Positions 17,122-26,471 of a stretch of DNA of 36,747 nucleotides are shown in pieces; the first letter of the stretch is position 1; the number at the start of each line of letters is the position of its first letter. The position numbers were made by a program, and so were the translations under genes. The stretch lies in assembly GCA_045656965.1 (NCBI GenBank), contig JAZOSE010000097.1:1-36747 (forward strand), given 5' to 3'. Source of the DNA: Eubacteriales bacterium. GTDB taxonomy: Bacteria; Bacillota; Clostridia; Oscillospirales; CAG-272. The notes beneath the pieces are model-generated. The model made no database searches and was not told the DNA's origin. It saw nothing but the letters and a program-made list of their open reading frames with translations.

Positions 17122-19305
17122 TAGTCTCAAAAGAAGCGTGGTGTAGCGCATATCGTGGCGGTCGTTTTCCACCATTCTGCGTGCAACGTCGCTGTTACCG
17201 ACAAGGATCACCATACGGCAAGCGCGGGTGACGGCGGTATAGAAAAGATTACGCGTTTCCAGCATCGGGGCGCAGGAATATAGGGGAATAATAACCACGG
17301 GGTATTCGCTTCCCTGGCTTTTATGGATGGTTATGGCATAAGCGTGGTCAAGCTCCTCTAAGTTTTCCTTTTCGTAGCTTGCGACTCTGTCCTCAAAGCG
17401 CACGCGGGCACTATCGCCGTCGATGCTTTCAAGGATACCCATATCGCCGTTAAAGACGCCGTTTCCCTCCTTGCCGTCCTTTTCCCATACGATATCGTAG
17501 TTGTTTCGGATCTGCATCACGCGGTCACCCTCTCGGAACACGATGCCACGCACGGTGATCTCCTTTTTTCCCTTGCCTTCGGGGTTTTGCGCTTCGCGAA
17601 GCAGCTTGTTAAGCGCCTCGGTGCCTGCCCTGCCCTTTCTTGACGGGGTGATGACCTGTATTTGCGAGGCAATATCCCTGCCATAGCTTTTAGGTAAGCG
17701 ACGGGTGATCAGGTCACGTACAGTATCGCTGACCGCACTCTCGGGGTAAGACAGATAGAAAAAGTCCTTATCCTTTACCGACAGCACGGGCATCTCGCCG
17801 CGGTTGATGCGGTGGGCGTTGGTGACAATGAGGCTTTCCTCGCTTTGACGGAAGATCTCGTCCAGCTTTACGGTTGGAAAGCGCTCCGAGGCGATCAGGT
17901 CAGAGAGCACGCATCCCGCACCGACGGAGGGAAGCTGATTGACGTCGCCGATGATGATCAGGCGCGTGCCGCGCGGGATCGCATCAAGAAGTGCCGCCAT
18001 TAAGACGGTATCGATCATAGACGCCTCGTCAACGATCACGACCTTGGCACTCAAAGGGTCGCTTGCGTTGCGGCGAAAGATCGGATAAAGATCGTCGCTT
18101 TTCTCCATTTCAAGAGCACGGTGAATGGTTTTGGCTTCACACATTGCCGCCTCCGACATACGCTTGGCGGCGCGCCCTGTGGGTGCTAAAACGGCGGTGG
18201 AGAGCCCTGCCACGCTGAAAATACGAAGAAGGGCGCGCACGACGGTGGTCTTGCCTGTGCCGGGGCCGCCCGTGAGCACCATAACGCCGTTTTTAAGGGC
18301 ACCTGCGATCGCTCTTTTTTGCGCCGTCGCGTAACGAATGCCGAACTCATCCTCCAGCCGCTCAATAAAGAGCGCACAGTCTCTGTCGCTAAAAAGCGCA
18401 CAGGTCTTATCAAGGAGCTTTAATTTTTCGGCGATCAGATGCTCAGCGCCGCCGTATGTCTCGGTGGAAACAAGACGGTTGCCTCCCTCGTCGGTGACGG
18501 AAAGAAGCCTTCCGCGGCTAAGCATCAGCGCATACGATGCCTTCGCCTCGGTCTCTTCAATACCGAGGTGAGAGCAAGCCGCCGCGATAAGCTTGTCCTC
18601 GGGGAGCGCAGTGTGTCCGTTGGCTTGCGCGTTGTATTCTAAAATATAGCGGATGCCGCCCTCAATGCGACGGGGGTCTGCCCCCGTGATTCCCTGACTT
18701 TCAGCAAAGCGGTCTGCCTTTTCAAAGCTAACGCCAAAGATGCTTCCGCAAAGCATATACGGGTTTTCCTTAATTTTTTCCTCGGCAGAGGAGCCCCATT
18801 TCTTGTAAATGCGGCTGATGGCGGCGGTGGAAAAGAAGTCGCGGCAAAGCATCATTAAGGAGCGAATGCCCGTTTGCTCGGTGAAGGAGCGGTGGATCTC
18901 CGCCGCTTTTTTTGCGGAGATGCCCGATATAGAGGCAAGCCACTCAGGGTGATGCTCAATAACAGAGAACGTATCCTCTCCATACTTCCCTACGATGCGC
19001 GCCGCCGTGGCGGGTCCGACACCCTTCACGACACGCGAGGAAAGATAGCGGAGAATAGCGGCTTTTTCGGAGGGAAGCTCGCACGAGTAGCTTTCAAAGC
19101 TGAACTGCTCACCGTAGTCAGCGTGAACCGTCCACCGTCCGTACAGCGTCACTTCCTCGCCCTCTGCGGCAAGCGTCATATATCCGACCGCCGTACGCAT
19201 ATGACCCGTTCGGTCGATCATCTCAAGCACGGTGTAATCGTTTTCTTCGTTGTGGTAAACGATCTCCTCAATAACACCCGCAAGGGAGACAAGCTCTTCC
19301 TTCAT
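17113..19305 (-). CDS. recD2: ATP-dependent RecD-like DNA helicase
   Basis: HhH N-terminus, GGPGTGKT, VDEASM, GDVNQLPSVG, YAITIHKSQGSEY, YTAVTRA. Confidence 0.93.
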   Translation of the reverse strand: MKEELVSLAGVIEEIVYHNEENDYTVLEMIDRTGHMRTAVGYMTLAAEGEEVTLYGRWTVHADYGEQFSFESYSCELPSEKAAILRYLSSRVVKGVGPATAARIVGKYGEDTFSVIEHHPEWLASISGISAKKAAEIHRSFTEQTGIRSLMMLCRDFFSTAAISRIYKKWGSSAEEKIKENPYMLCGSIFGVSFEKADRFAESQGITGADPRRIEGGIRYILEYNAQANGHTALPEDKLIAAACSHLGIEETEAKASYALMLSRGRLLSVTDEGGNRLVSTETYGGAEHLIAEKLKLLDKTCALFSDRDCALFIERLEDEFGIRYATAQKRAIAGALKNGVMVLTGGPGTGKTTVVRALLRIFSVAGLSTAVLAPTGRAAKRMSEAAMCEAKTIHRALEMEKSDDLYPIFRRNASDPLSAKVVIVDEASMIDTVLMAALLDAIPRGTRLIIIGDVNQLPSVGAGCVLSDLIASERFPTVKLDEIFRQSEESLIVTNAHRINRGEMPVLSVKDKDFFYLSYPESAVSDTVRDLITRRLPKSYGRDIASQIQVITPSRKGRAGTEALNKLLREAQNPEGKGKKEITVRGIVFREGDRVMQIRNNYDIVWEKDGKEGNGVFNGDMGILESIDGDSARVRFEDRVASYEKENLEELDHAYAITIHKSQGSEYPVVIIPLYSCAPMLETRNLFYTAVTRACRMVILVGNSDVARRMVENDRHDMRYTTLLLRLKK

Positions 19306-19322
19306 ACGAACCCCTCCTTTCT

Positions 19323-19592
19323 TTATTTTTCCGTTTTTCTTACGTAGACAAGGAAGCCCTCCTTTCGGAGGGCGTTTTCCTTTTCCTCATTTTCCCGTTC
19401 TAAAAGAACGACTGTTTTCCCATGACCTCTCAGCCTTAAAAGCTCTGATTCGGCAAAGATCTCGTCAAGGCTTTTGTCCTCGGCGAGTATTGCCGTTCTG
19501 TACCCATCGCCTCCGCCAAGCCACAAAACGAGGCAGACGAAAAGCGCGTAAAGTCCAAGAACCGCAAGAAAACAGATGCATAGCTCTAACAC
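19323..19592 (-). CDS. Small membrane-anchored hypothetical protein
   Basis: 89 aa with N-terminal TM helix filling the metK-recD2 gap; upstream CATACCCT sigmaE-like -10. Confidence 0.6.
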   Translation of the reverse strand: MLELCICFLAVLGLYALFVCLVLWLGGGDGYRTAILAEDKSLDEIFAESELLRLRGHGKTVVLLERENEEKENALRKEGFLVYVRKTEK

Positions 19593-19647
19593 CTCGATAT
19601 GCGCACCCCCTTTTTATCAGGGTATGCAGCTGTCGGGTGCTTTGTTT

Positions 19648-20829
19648 TTAAAGAAGTGCCGCGCGGATAGCCTCGGCGTAGTCTCTTCTTTCCCAAGGCG
19701 CGTCAAGATCCTCTCTGCCCATGTGTCCATAGGCGGCGAACGCCTTATAGATGGGGCGGCGAAGCTCAAAGCGCTTGATAATAGCGGCAGGGCGGAAGTC
19801 AAGAATATCGGTGAGGACCTCGGCGATCTTCTCGTCGGCGACCTTACCCGTACCGAAGGTATCGACCATAACCGAAACGGGGCGCGCAACGCCGATGGCG
19901 TACGCCAACTGAACCTCGCACTTATCGGCAATGCCTGCGGCAACGACGTTCTTTGCCGCGTGACGGGCGGCATAGCAGGCGGAGCGGTCTACCTTCGTGG
20001 GGTCCTTACCCGAGAAGGCACCACCGCCGTGGCGCGCGTATCCGCCGTAGGTATCGACGATGATCTTTCTGCCCGTAAGACCCGTATCACCGTCGGGACC
20101 GCCGACAACGAAGCGACCCGTAGGATTGACGTAAATTTTAGTGTCCTCGCGAAGAAGGCTCGCGGGAATGACGGCGTGAATGACCTCGCGGATAATATCC
20201 TCGCGAATGGTCGCAAGCATAACCTCCTCGGCGTGCTGAGAAGAAACGACGACGGTATCCACGTATGCGGGCACGCCGTTTTCATAAGCAACGGTGACCT
20301 GCGTTTTTCCGTCGGGACGCAGGTAAGGAAGAATACCCTCCTTGCGAACGGCGGTAAGGCGCATAGCGAGCTTATGGGAAAGCGAGATGGGAAGGGGCAT
20401 CAGTTCCTCGGTCTCGTTGCAGGCGTAGCCGAACATCATACCCTGGTCGCCCGCACCCGTATCAAGCTCGTCCTTCATTTCACCCGATTTTGCTTCGGCG
20501 CACTTATCAACGCCCAAGGCGATGTCGGGCGACTGCCCGTGGATAGAGGTCAAAACGGCACAGGTGTTACAGTCAAAGCCGTAGGCGGCGTTGTTATAGC
20601 CGATCTCGTTTACCGTGTCGCGCACGATTTTCTGGATATCCACGACCGCCTTTGTGGTGATCTCACCCATAACGGTGATGATACCCGTGGTCGCAAAGGT
20701 CTCGCAGGCAACGCGGGAGGCAGGGTCGGCGGCAAGCATAGCGTCGAGCACCGCGTCGGAAATTTTGTCGCAAATTTTATCGGGATGCCCTTCGGTTACC
20801 GATTCGGATGTAAAAAGCATTTTACTCAT
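19648..20829 (-). CDS. metK: S-adenosylmethionine synthetase
   Basis: [35 protein letters not shown]; RBS AAAGGA before ATG 20829. Confidence 0.98.
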   Translation of the reverse strand: MSKMLFTSESVTEGHPDKICDKISDAVLDAMLAADPASRVACETFATTGIITVMGEITTKAVVDIQKIVRDTVNEIGYNNAAYGFDCNTCAVLTSIHGQSPDIALGVDKCAEAKSGEMKDELDTGAGDQGMMFGYACNETEELMPLPISLSHKLAMRLTAVRKEGILPYLRPDGKTQVTVAYENGVPAYVDTVVVSSQHAEEVMLATIREDIIREVIHAVIPASLLREDTKIYVNPTGRFVVGGPDGDTGLTGRKIIVDTYGGYARHGGGAFSGKDPTKVDRSACYAARHAAKNVVAAGIADKCEVQLAYAIGVARPVSVMVDTFGTGKVADEKIAEVLTDILDFRPAAIIKRFELRRPIYKAFAAYGHMGREDLDAPWERRDYAEAIRAALL

Positions 20830-20850
20830 AGCGTGTCCTTTCATAGCGAA

Positions 20851-20878
20851 AAAGAAAAGCCCCGAGACAGTCCCGAGG
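20851..20878 (-). terminator. S-box expression-platform terminator
   Basis: minus strand cctcggga-ctg-tctcgggg followed by cttttcttt. Confidence 0.7.
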
Positions 20879-20888
20879 TCGAAAAAGC

Positions 20889-20972
20889 ATCTCATCTCTC
20901 GGGAATTAGCACCTTGTTTTCACAGGTTGCCGGGCTTCACAGGGCCTGTCCCTCCGCCACTCTTGATAAGAT
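20889..20972 (-). ncRNA. SAM-I (S-box) riboswitch aptamer
   Basis: ATCTTATCAAGAG..GGAGGGACAGGCCCTGTGAAGCCCGGCAACC..GGTGCTAATTCC..GATGAGAT upstream of metK. Confidence 0.95.
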
Positions 20973-20990
20973 TATTTATTTAGCTTACAT

Positions 20991-21019
20991 AGTATATCAT
21001 ATATAAAACGCAAATGCAA
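20991..21019 (-). promoter_or_regulatory. sigmaA promoter of metK
   Basis: minus strand TTGCAT-17 bp-TATACT with TG extension. Confidence 0.7.
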
Positions 21020-21053
21020 GTATATTTTTCGATTTTTTTCGCGTTTTCGGCAC

Positions 21054-21082
21054 TTGTTTTTTTCATCGGCTTGTGCTACAAT
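21054..21082 (+). promoter_or_regulatory. sigmaA promoter of cca
   Basis: TTGTTT-17 bp-TACAAT with TG extension. Confidence 0.6.
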
Positions 21083-21112
21083 GGTAAAAAGAGTTACAAG
21101 GAGGTGCTTACC

Positions 21113-22930
21113 GTGTTTTCCGTTCCGTCTTACATTTTAGTTGCTCTTGACGCGCTAAAGGAGAAAGGCTATGAGGCGTTTGTCGTTGGCGGTGCTGTGC
21201 GCGATACGCTTCGCGGTGCGCCCGTTCACGACTACGACGTGACGACCTCGGCATCTCCCGACGAAATAAAAAGCGTCTTTTCGGGCTTTCGCACGGTAGA
21301 TACGGGCATTCAGCACGGCACCGTGACGGTCTTAGTTGAGCGAAAGCCCGTAGAGATCACCACCTATCGTATTGACGGAGAATACACCGACAAGCGACAC
21401 CCGACGGGGGTGACCTTTACGAAGAGTCTAAAAGAGGACGCCGCAAGACGCGATTTTACCGTGAACGCTATGGCGTATCACCCAAGCCTCGGCGTGAAGG
21501 ACTTTTTCGGTGGACAAGAGGATCTCGCCGCGCACATTATCCGCACGGTGGGCGACCCCGAGCGGCGCTTTTCTGAGGATGCACTTCGCATTTTGCGCGC
21601 CTTGCGCTTTGCCTCTACGCTGGATTTTTCCATTGAGGAAGGCACCCTTTTTGCGATGCGTAAAATGAAGGATGGGCTCCTTTCTATCAGCCCCGAGCGC
21701 GTGCGTGAGGAGCTTTTGAAGCTTCTTTGCGGCACGGCGGCGGAGAGGGTTTTAAGAGAATTTAAGGATATTCTCGCTACCGTTTTGCCCGAGATCTTGC
21801 CGACCTTTGATCTTGACCAAAAAAATCACCACCATGCCTTTGACCTTTGGGAGCATACCGTACGCGCGGTGGGTGCTGTGAAGGCAACGCCCGTTTTGCG
21901 CCTTGCGGCGCTCCTGCACGACCTTGGAAAGCCCTCCTGCTTTACCGTTGGCGAGGACGGTGAGGGACATTTTTACGGGCACGCCAAGGCGAGCGAGGAA
22001 ATAGCCGATAGGATACTCTCGCGCTTGCGCTTTGACAATAAAACGCGCGACGCTGTGCTGCTTCTGATCCGCCAGCACGACACCGTGCCCGCCCCGAAAA
22101 CGAGGCAATTTGCGCGACTTCGCTCGCGCCACGGCGACGAATTTCTTTTTGACTGGCTGGCACTGATCCGCGCTGACAGAGAGGCGCAAATGCCCTCGCT
22201 TTCTCTCGAAAAGGAAGACGTCTTAGCTGAAGCGGAGGCTGCGGCAAGAGCGCTTGTAGCGGGCGAGGAGCGCATTTCCTTAAAAATGCTGGCGATTGAC
22301 GGCGGCGACTTGAAGAAATGCGGTGTTGCCCCCGGAAAAGAGATGGGCGTGCTTCTTTCGCGCGCACTTGACGGGGTGCTTGACGGCAAGGTCAAAAACG
22401 AAAGGGACGCGCTCTTATCCTTCCTTTCCTTAAAGCCGATAGAATGCGAAAGAAAGCTTTTGATCCGCTACCCCGACAAGGAGTGGCTACAATCTATGGG
22501 TGCTGAGAAAAGCCTCATTGAGCAAACCTATTTGATTGCCGAGAAGGGGGCGACCGAGCGCCTGAGAAAAAGAGCTTTCGCTGAGAGAACGGTATATTAC
22601 TACACCAAAAAGGTGCGCATAAGCGCGCTCTCAGCCGAGGAGTATGAAAGGGAGATCTCTTTTGAGGAATACGAGGCGCTTCTTCTTCGCCGCGACAAGG
22701 CATCGAGAACGGTAGAAAAGGAGCGTTATGCCCTTCCCTACGGAAAGCATATTTTAGAGATCGACATTTATCCCTTTTGGTCGCGCCAGGCGATCCTTGA
22801 GGTAGAGCTTTCGTGCGAGGACGAGATATTCTCGCTTCCCGATGGGATCGAGGTCATTCGCGAGGTAAGCGGGGAAAAAGCGTATAAAAACGCATTTCTC
22901 GCCAAAAAAATACCGAACGAGGAAATTTAA
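21113..22930 (+). CDS. cca: CCA tRNA nucleotidyltransferase with HD domain, fused to C-terminal CYTH domain
   Basis: GGAVRD, DYD, RRDFTVNAM, EDALR; HD motif LLHDLGK; CYTH ExExK (IECERK) and LEID..W..ILEVEL; RBS AGGAGG before GTG 21113. Confidence 0.88.
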   Translation: MFSVPSYILVALDALKEKGYEAFVVGGAVRDTLRGAPVHDYDVTTSASPDEIKSVFSGFRTVDTGIQHGTVTVLVERKPVEITTYRIDGEYTDKRHPTGVTFTKSLKEDAARRDFTVNAMAYHPSLGVKDFFGGQEDLAAHIIRTVGDPERRFSEDALRILRALRFASTLDFSIEEGTLFAMRKMKDGLLSISPERVREELLKLLCGTAAERVLREFKDILATVLPEILPTFDLDQKNHHHAFDLWEHTVRAVGAVKATPVLRLAALLHDLGKPSCFTVGEDGEGHFYGHAKASEEIADRILSRLRFDNKTRDAVLLLIRQHDTVPAPKTRQFARLRSRHGDEFLFDWLALIRADREAQMPSLSLEKEDVLAEAEAAARALVAGEERISLKMLAIDGGDLKKCGVAPGKEMGVLLSRALDGVLDGKVKNERDALLSFLSLKPIECERKLLIRYPDKEWLQSMGAEKSLIEQTYLIAEKGATERLRKRAFAERTVYYYTKKVRISALSAEEYEREISFEEYEALLLRRDKASRTVEKERYALPYGKHILEIDIYPFWSRQAILEVELSCEDEIFSLPDGIEVIREVSGEKAYKNAFLAKKIPNEEI

Positions 22931-22963
22931 ACCAAATTCTTTGAGGAAAATATTTAAAAAGCA

Positions 22964-22992
22964 TTGATTTGTTCACAACCTTGGTGTATAAT
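22964..22992 (+). promoter_or_regulatory. sigmaA promoter of yajC
   Basis: TTGATT-17 bp-TATAAT. Confidence 0.75.
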
Positions 22993-23027
22993 AGATGTTG
23001 TTTAAAAAACTAAAGGAGATTAAAACT

Positions 23028-23516
23028 GTGTTTAAAAGCAAGCTTCAGGCGCTCAAGGCAGCGCTCTTATCGCTTTGCGCTTTCGCATCCGTTTTTGCTC
23101 TTAGCTCTTGCGCTATGGGCGGTGCTACGGGTGCTGAGGGCGAGGCAGCAAACCCCGCATCGAGCTGGATGAGCATCGGTATGCTCGTGCTTGTCGTCGT
23201 ATTCTTCTATTTCTTCCTCATCCGTCCCCAGAAGAAGCAGGAGAAGGAAGCCAATCAGATGCGCAATTCTCTCGAGATCGGTGACGAGATCGTAACCATC
23301 GGCGGCATCGTCGGTCAGGTTATCAGCATCAAGAACGACACCATCACCATCATCACCAGCAAGGACAGAACCAAGATCCGTTTCCTCAAGAGTGCTATTC
23401 GTGAGGTTACCGTAAAGGCGAACGAGCCCGTAGAAAAGCCCGCCGCAAGCGAGGACGCTCCCGCGCTCAAGGACGACTTTACGAAGCCCGAAAACGAGAC
23501 CGAAGACAAGGAATAA
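23028..23516 (+). CDS. yajC: Preprotein translocase subunit YajC with N-terminal extension
   Basis: FYFFLIRPQKKQEK, LEIGDEIVTIGGIVG; RBS AAGGAG before GTG 23028. Confidence 0.92.
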   Translation: MFKSKLQALKAALLSLCAFASVFALSSCAMGGATGAEGEAANPASSWMSIGMLVLVVVFFYFFLIRPQKKQEKEANQMRNSLEIGDEIVTIGGIVGQVISIKNDTITIITSKDRTKIRFLKSAIREVTVKANEPVEKPAASEDAPALKDDFTKPENETEDKE

Positions 23517-23525
23517 AGAAAAAAG

Positions 23526-23568
23526 CCTCCGCATATTCTTTACTAAGAGTTATGCGGAGGTTATTTTT
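23526..23568 (+). terminator. yajC terminator overlapping a sigmaE-like promoter
   Basis: cctccgcata...tatgcggagg then ttattttt; GAATAAA(23511)..CATATTCT(23532). Confidence 0.65.
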
Positions 23569-23985
23569 ATGAGTCACGCTTATATTTCCGACAAGGGCGG
23601 CAAGAGGCTTTTTCGCGGAGCTGTGCTTGCGCTTTTGTTTACGCTTGCCTTTTCCCTTTTTACGCTGTCGCTCTGCTCAGCGCTTCTTTTGCGCACGGAA
23701 AGCCCAAGCAGGTGGATCGCCCTCTTCGGCGTGCTGTTGCCTTCTCTGTCTTCACTTTTGGGCGGTATCGTTTCCTCAAAGGCGGGGGGCGGTGGCGCAT
23801 TGTCGGGCTTAGTTTTCGGCATTGCATTTATAGGTATGCTGTTTCTCTTTTCGTTTCTTTTTAAGGACGGCAACTTTTCCCTTTTTAAAAGCCTCGTGCT
23901 TTATACGGCTATGCTTCTTTTATCCGTGCTTGGTGGCGTGCTAAGCACGCGCAGGCGACCGAAAAGGCACAGAGCAAAAAGATAA
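23569..23985 (+). CDS. TIGR04086/YrzE-like four-TM membrane protein
   Basis: 4 TM helices, G-rich GALSGLVFG, basic tail, position after yajC. Confidence 0.7.
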   Translation: MSHAYISDKGGKRLFRGAVLALLFTLAFSLFTLSLCSALLLRTESPSRWIALFGVLLPSLSSLLGGIVSSKAGGGGALSGLVFGIAFIGMLFLFSFLFKDGNFSLFKSLVLYTAMLLLSVLGGVLSTRRRPKRHRAKR

Positions 23986-23990
23986 TCCGA

Positions 23991-25223
23991 TTAAAAACGC
24001 TCGACCGACGCGCCGAGCGTTTTCCATTTTCTGAGGAATTGCTCGTATCCACGCTCGACAAGCACGGTGTTTTCAACGAGGCTCTCACCCTTCGCCGAAA
24101 GAGCGGCGAGCACCATAGCGGCGCCGCCGCGAAGGTCTGTCGCCCGAAGGCGAGCGCCGTAGAGTACCGAGGGGAAAACGCGAAGCGTTCCCTCTCTTTC
24201 TCTTGCGGAAAAGCCCATTTTTGCAAGCTCGCTCACGTAGGAAAAACGTCCGCGCCAAACGCGGTCAGTGATGCTCCCCCCCTTTTGCGAGGAAAGAAGA
24301 ACGGACAAAAGGGGTTGCAGATCGGTAGGAAAGGCGGGGTATGGGGCGCAAGAGATGCTGATGCGCTTCCCCTCACCGCCTAATACCGTCACGCTCCGCT
24401 CACCGAGGGCGTACGCGATGCCCATACGCTCAAAGACCGAAAGAAGCGGAGAGAGCGGAACGGGGGAAATGCCGCAAACCGAGATCTCACTTTTGAGAAG
24501 CGCGCCGCCAAGAAGAAAGGTTGCCGCCTCTATCTCATCGGGCGGAACGGTGAAGGCACAGCCGTGAAGCCGTTTTCCGCCGCGCACGGTGATGGCGGCG
24601 GCGTTTACAGTGATATCCGCGCCCATTTTTCTTAAAAAGCGCAAAAGCGAGGTGATATGCCCCTCGCCCGCGTATCCGCGAATAACGGAAACGCCCTCAG
24701 CCCCCACCGCGGCGAGCAGTGCGTTAACGGTAGCGCCGACAGAGGGGTATCTTAAAGCGATCTCTCCGCCCGAAAGACGATTTGCGCTAAGGATGATCCC
24801 CTGCTCGTTTTCCTCCCACCGAGCCCCCAGCGCTTCTAGTGCGCGGCGGTGAATATCGAGGGGGCGCGTTCCAAAATTGCAACCGCCGGGATAGGTCATT
24901 TTAACAGCACCGAAGCGCGAAATCCCCGCGCCCAAAAGGTAAGACGAGGCGCGCAAGGCGCCGATCTCCTCCTCCTTTCCCGTGGGGCGGCAAAGATGCC
25001 TTGCGTTTATTTTGAGAGTGCCGCCCGAAAAAGAGGCTGTGGCACCCATTTTAGCGAACAGAGAGAGCGTTTTTCTAACGTCGCCAATGTCGGGAACTCC
25101 AAAGAGCGTTACCTCCTCCTCTGTAAGGAGAGAGGCAAAAAGAATAGGTAAGGCGGCGTTTTTTGAGCCACTGACGGTGATGCTTCCCCGAAGCGACTCG
25201 CCGCCCTTTATACGGTATGTCAT
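23991..25223 (-). CDS. murA: UDP-N-acetylglucosamine 1-carboxyvinyltransferase (divergent paralog)
   Basis: GSKNAALP, LRAS, PGGCNFGTRP, FPTDLQP, DLRGGA, RGYE; RBS AAGGAGG before ATG 25223. Confidence 0.9.
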   Translation of the reverse strand: MTYRIKGGESLRGSITVSGSKNAALPILFASLLTEEEVTLFGVPDIGDVRKTLSLFAKMGATASFSGGTLKINARHLCRPTGKEEEIGALRASSYLLGAGISRFGAVKMTYPGGCNFGTRPLDIHRRALEALGARWEENEQGIILSANRLSGGEIALRYPSVGATVNALLAAVGAEGVSVIRGYAGEGHITSLLRFLRKMGADITVNAAAITVRGGKRLHGCAFTVPPDEIEAATFLLGGALLKSEISVCGISPVPLSPLLSVFERMGIAYALGERSVTVLGGEGKRISISCAPYPAFPTDLQPLLSVLLSSQKGGSITDRVWRGRFSYVSELAKMGFSAREREGTLRVFPSVLYGARLRATDLRGGAAMVLAALSAKGESLVENTVLVERGYEQFLRKWKTLGASVERF

Positions 25224-25244
25224 TTCTACGCCTCCTTTTCTATC

Positions 25245-25275
25245 ATCGTATGCGAAAAGGGGTAAAAAGTGATGA
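25245..25275 (-). promoter_or_regulatory. Putative sigmaE promoter of murA paralog
   Basis: minus strand TCATCAC-16 bp-CATACGAT. Confidence 0.55.
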
Positions 25276-25297
25276 GAGAACGCCCTTCTCAAAAAGA

Positions 25298-25333
25298 AAA
25301 AACACGGATAATTTCTTTTCTATCCGTGTTTTT
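25298..25333 (-). terminator. Terminator after DUF3810 gene
   Basis: aaaaacacggata..tatccgtgttttt stem, nested in an outer 12-bp inverted repeat. Confidence 0.7.
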
Positions 25334-25355
25334 CGGTTAAGGACTTTTTGAGAAG

Positions 25356-26471
25356 CTACCGTGCCGCCTTTTCTTGCGCGTAGGCAACGCCGAGGCGCAC
25401 GACGAGAGAGTAACTGACCGTGCCCTCCGTTCCCATCGTGCTTAAATAAGCATCGTTGACACTTTCGGCAATATCGCGGACGAAGGAGCCGTCGACCTCG
25501 TCGACGGCGAGGTTATAGGCGCGAAATTCGCTCTTGATGCTTGACGAAAGCGAGGCAAAGAGTGTGGCGTAAAGCTCGCGGTCGGCGCGGTAGAGAGAGG
25601 CGAGCGTGTACTGCAAAAGGTTTACGTGCGCGCTGTAACGGAAATACGCCTCGTCGGACTCGGCGAGCGCCAAAAAGGCGACGAAATTCGCCTCGTCCTC
25701 GCGGGCGATACCTGCCGCATGCGCCATTTCGTGCGACGCAGTGAAAACGGTGCTGAAATCGGGGTAATAGGTGCATAGGTTACTCTCTCCCGTAAAGAAG
25801 GAGTACACGCCCGTGATGCCCGTATACGCCATAGGCTTACTTAAAAGCACCGCCTTTGTGGGGGCGGGCACGGAAATGAAGGCGTATTTATCCGAAAGCG
25901 CGCGATAGCCCTCGCGAAGCGCCTTATTCATTTCTCTGTGCGAAAGCGGCATAACGCTCTCGCCGTTTTCGGAAAAGGTGATAAATGAAAGCTCCTTTTC
26001 GGCTTCGGCGGCGAAATAAGCCCCCGCCTCGTACAGCTCTTGCGCCGAGGGGCTTTCCTTTTTTTCAAGCGAAAGTCGATCTGCAAGCGGCGTTGAGAGA
26101 TACCCAAAGCCCAGCATAAAAACGAAAAGCGAATAAAGAAGAGGCAAAAGGGAAAGAACGAAGGCGATGGCGCGAAGGGCATATCCGCCCTTTTTAAGAT
26201 AGCGGCGCACAAGAAAAACGGCGAACGTTATCCATAGGGGAAGCCCCAAAAGAAGCATCTCCGCCAAGGAAAACGGAAGGGGTGTGCCGGCATAGCCGAG
26301 GAGCGTACGCGTGGCGGCGCCTACGGTTTTTCCGAGAAAATCGGCGGCAGGCGCAAGCAAAAACGAAATAATATGCATAAAAAGAGCCGCTATGCCGATG
26401 AAAACGAAAACGCGAGAGGCAAGCGGCAAGGCACCGTATATCTTTTTTAAAAGGGCAATCGGCTTTTTCAT
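25356..26471 (-). CDS. DUF3810 family membrane-anchored putative zinc metalloprotease
   Basis: PFSLAE, GVYSFFTGE, HEMAH...AREDEANF. Confidence 0.82.
   Translation of the reverse strand: MKKPIALLKKIYGALPLASRVFVFIGIAALFMHIISFLLAPAADFLGKTVGAATRTLLGYAGTPLPFSLAEMLLLGLPLWITFAVFLVRRYLKKGGYALRAIAFVLSLLPLLYSLFVFMLGFGYLSTPLADRLSLEKKESPSAQELYEAGAYFAAEAEKELSFITFSENGESVMPLSHREMNKALREGYRALSDKYAFISVPAPTKAVLLSKPMAYTGITGVYSFFTGESNLCTYYPDFSTVFTASHEMAHAAGIAREDEANFVAFLALAESDEAYFRYSAHVNLLQYTLASLYRADRELYATLFASLSSSIKSEFRAYNLAVDEVDGSFVRDIAESVNDAYLSTMGTEGTVSYSLVVRLGVAYAQEKAAR

Noticed and set aside
19576-21006. 476-aa ORF antisense to metK
   Set aside because: Shadow frame caused by codon bias of a conserved gene; no motifs or RBS; crosses the riboswitch
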